A stretch of DNA of 64,000 nucleotides, from contig NEEC01000007.1 in the NCBI GenBank assembly GCA_002189035.1, positions 2,790,001 through 2,854,000 of the forward strand, given 5' to 3'. The notes beneath the pieces were generated by a model that was given only the letters and a program-made list of their open reading frames with translations, did not search any database and was not told the DNA's origin. This document shows, in pieces, positions 62,790-64,000 of this stretch; the first letter of the stretch is position 1, and the number at the start of each line of letters is the position of its first letter. A program made the translations under genes and the position numbers. The DNA is from Utricularia gibba (lineage: Eukaryota; Plantae; Magnoliophyta).

Positions 62790-62980
62790 TGTAAGATCAT
62801 CAACAGGTGAAATGTGACACAGGTTTACAAACAAAAAAAATGGCCGAAACGTGACTTCTACTAAAGCTGCAATTATGGTGGGATTAAATAATGATACTAT
62901 CCATGGCCCATGTATGAAGATGCATGGGAAATAAACGGAGGGGAAAAGGAGAATGTTTTCACACTTTAACTTTATCATGA
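62790..62980 (-). mobile_element. Possible plant mobile domain (PMD, Mutator-associated) relic
   Basis: IIAALVE followed, after a frame change, by TFHL, resembling the LITALVERWRPETHTFHLP motif. Very short. Confidence 0.25.
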
Positions 62981-63783
62981 ATTTTGTTCTTACTGTCTAC
63001 CATAAAAAAAGAAGATGACCTGTAATTTCTATTTTTGCTTTTTATTTGTAATGACCATTGATAGCTGTTTTTAATTTCTAAAATTGATGAAGTTTCTTTC
63101 AATGTTTTTAGCATATTTTCTTTATTATTCATTGTATTTCTTATATATTTTGCATATTTTCACATGTATTATTACAATTCTTATGTACCTCTTAATCATG
63201 GTCTATAAATAGTTAACTACTATTCTTAAATTATATCACATTCTATCCTTCTAAGTTGGGGAGAGATAATGAATTATCTATGATCAAAATATTTCATTAA
63301 TTAATGAATACTGACCTCATAAGCAAGGTTATGTAGAAAATTCAATTTTGAGAGCAATCAATAATAATTTTCTTGTTTTCTTAATCATCTAAAAGAAAAT
63401 AATATAAAGTTATTTTTGTACCTCTTTACAAAAGAGTGTAATAAAATATATGATATTTCTTATTTCTATAACTAATTATTATGAAGAAATTTGAGGCAAT
63501 GAGAGATAAATAAGAAAACAAATTCTTAGTCAATTATTTAAATGTTATTTTCTATTTTAAACATTTTCAATCCCTCTTACATAACTTGTATTTTGTAATA
63601 GGTTAACATATAACATTTTTTTTATAGAAACTTAGTTCCCAATGATTGACACATTAATATATTAAATATGTTTTATGTTTTACTAATTAAAATTTATTGA
63701 GTAAACGACGCACATCAATGATATCAAATGAGTGAAAAATACATATATTGCACCCTTCAATACAAATACCATAGAATGAAAAT

Positions 63784-64000
63784 TGTTGGGTTTATGACAA
63801 GATTATTCATTTGGGCCAATGAATAATCATGTCCAACTATAAGCTAAGCTAGGGAGCTTAACGTAATTTTAATTTTTAAGGTTCATTATCATTTTGCATA
63901 AAACAAGAAAAAGTTCAAGTTTATAGCCAATGGATTCCGTATTCTCTTGGATCACATCATAATCCTTCATTTGATATGATCTCATCCATTTTAGTAGATA
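63784..64000 (+). mobile_element. Possible start of an LTR running off the window
   Basis: TGTTGGGTTTATG start followed by an 11-bp perfect inverted repeat GATTATTCATT/AATGAATAATC (63801-63828). Cannot be confirmed within the window. Confidence 0.2.

Overview
Flowering-plant (eudicot-like) nuclear DNA: compact intron-containing genes separated by very AT-rich spacers full of decayed transposons. Genes read exon by exon: ENOD93-like (-), ATP-dependent phosphofructokinase (+), eIF3g (-), RR-type tandem CCCH zinc finger/TZF (+), GT47 exostosin glycosyltransferase (+), phospholipase D alpha3-like (-), AFG1/ZapE-like ATPase (-), PLS-class PPR ending after the E domain (+), cellulose synthase CESA1-like (-), eIF4A (+) and HY5 (-). 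There is also a decayed EDR1/SIS8-type Raf kinase pseudogene. Mobile DNA includes two clear Mutator transposase relics, a degenerate Ty3/gypsy element with a solo LTR nested in its integrase, a TRIM-like relic and weaker fragments. No rRNA, tRNA or CRISPR array is supportable. Most unusual signals: (1) 3 well-supported plus 1 probable GC-AG introns among the 13 introns of the AFG1-like gene; (2) a dimer-organised intronic minisatellite carrying telomeric TTTAGGG motifs, two units with a TAGGGTTT/AAACCCTA hairpin; (3) a 200-bp hairpin-rich GC island with CTGATGA on both strands; (4) four conserved genes each one C or G short in a short homopolymer, most likely assembly error. Coordinates were counted by hand and family assignments come from recalled motifs, not database searches.
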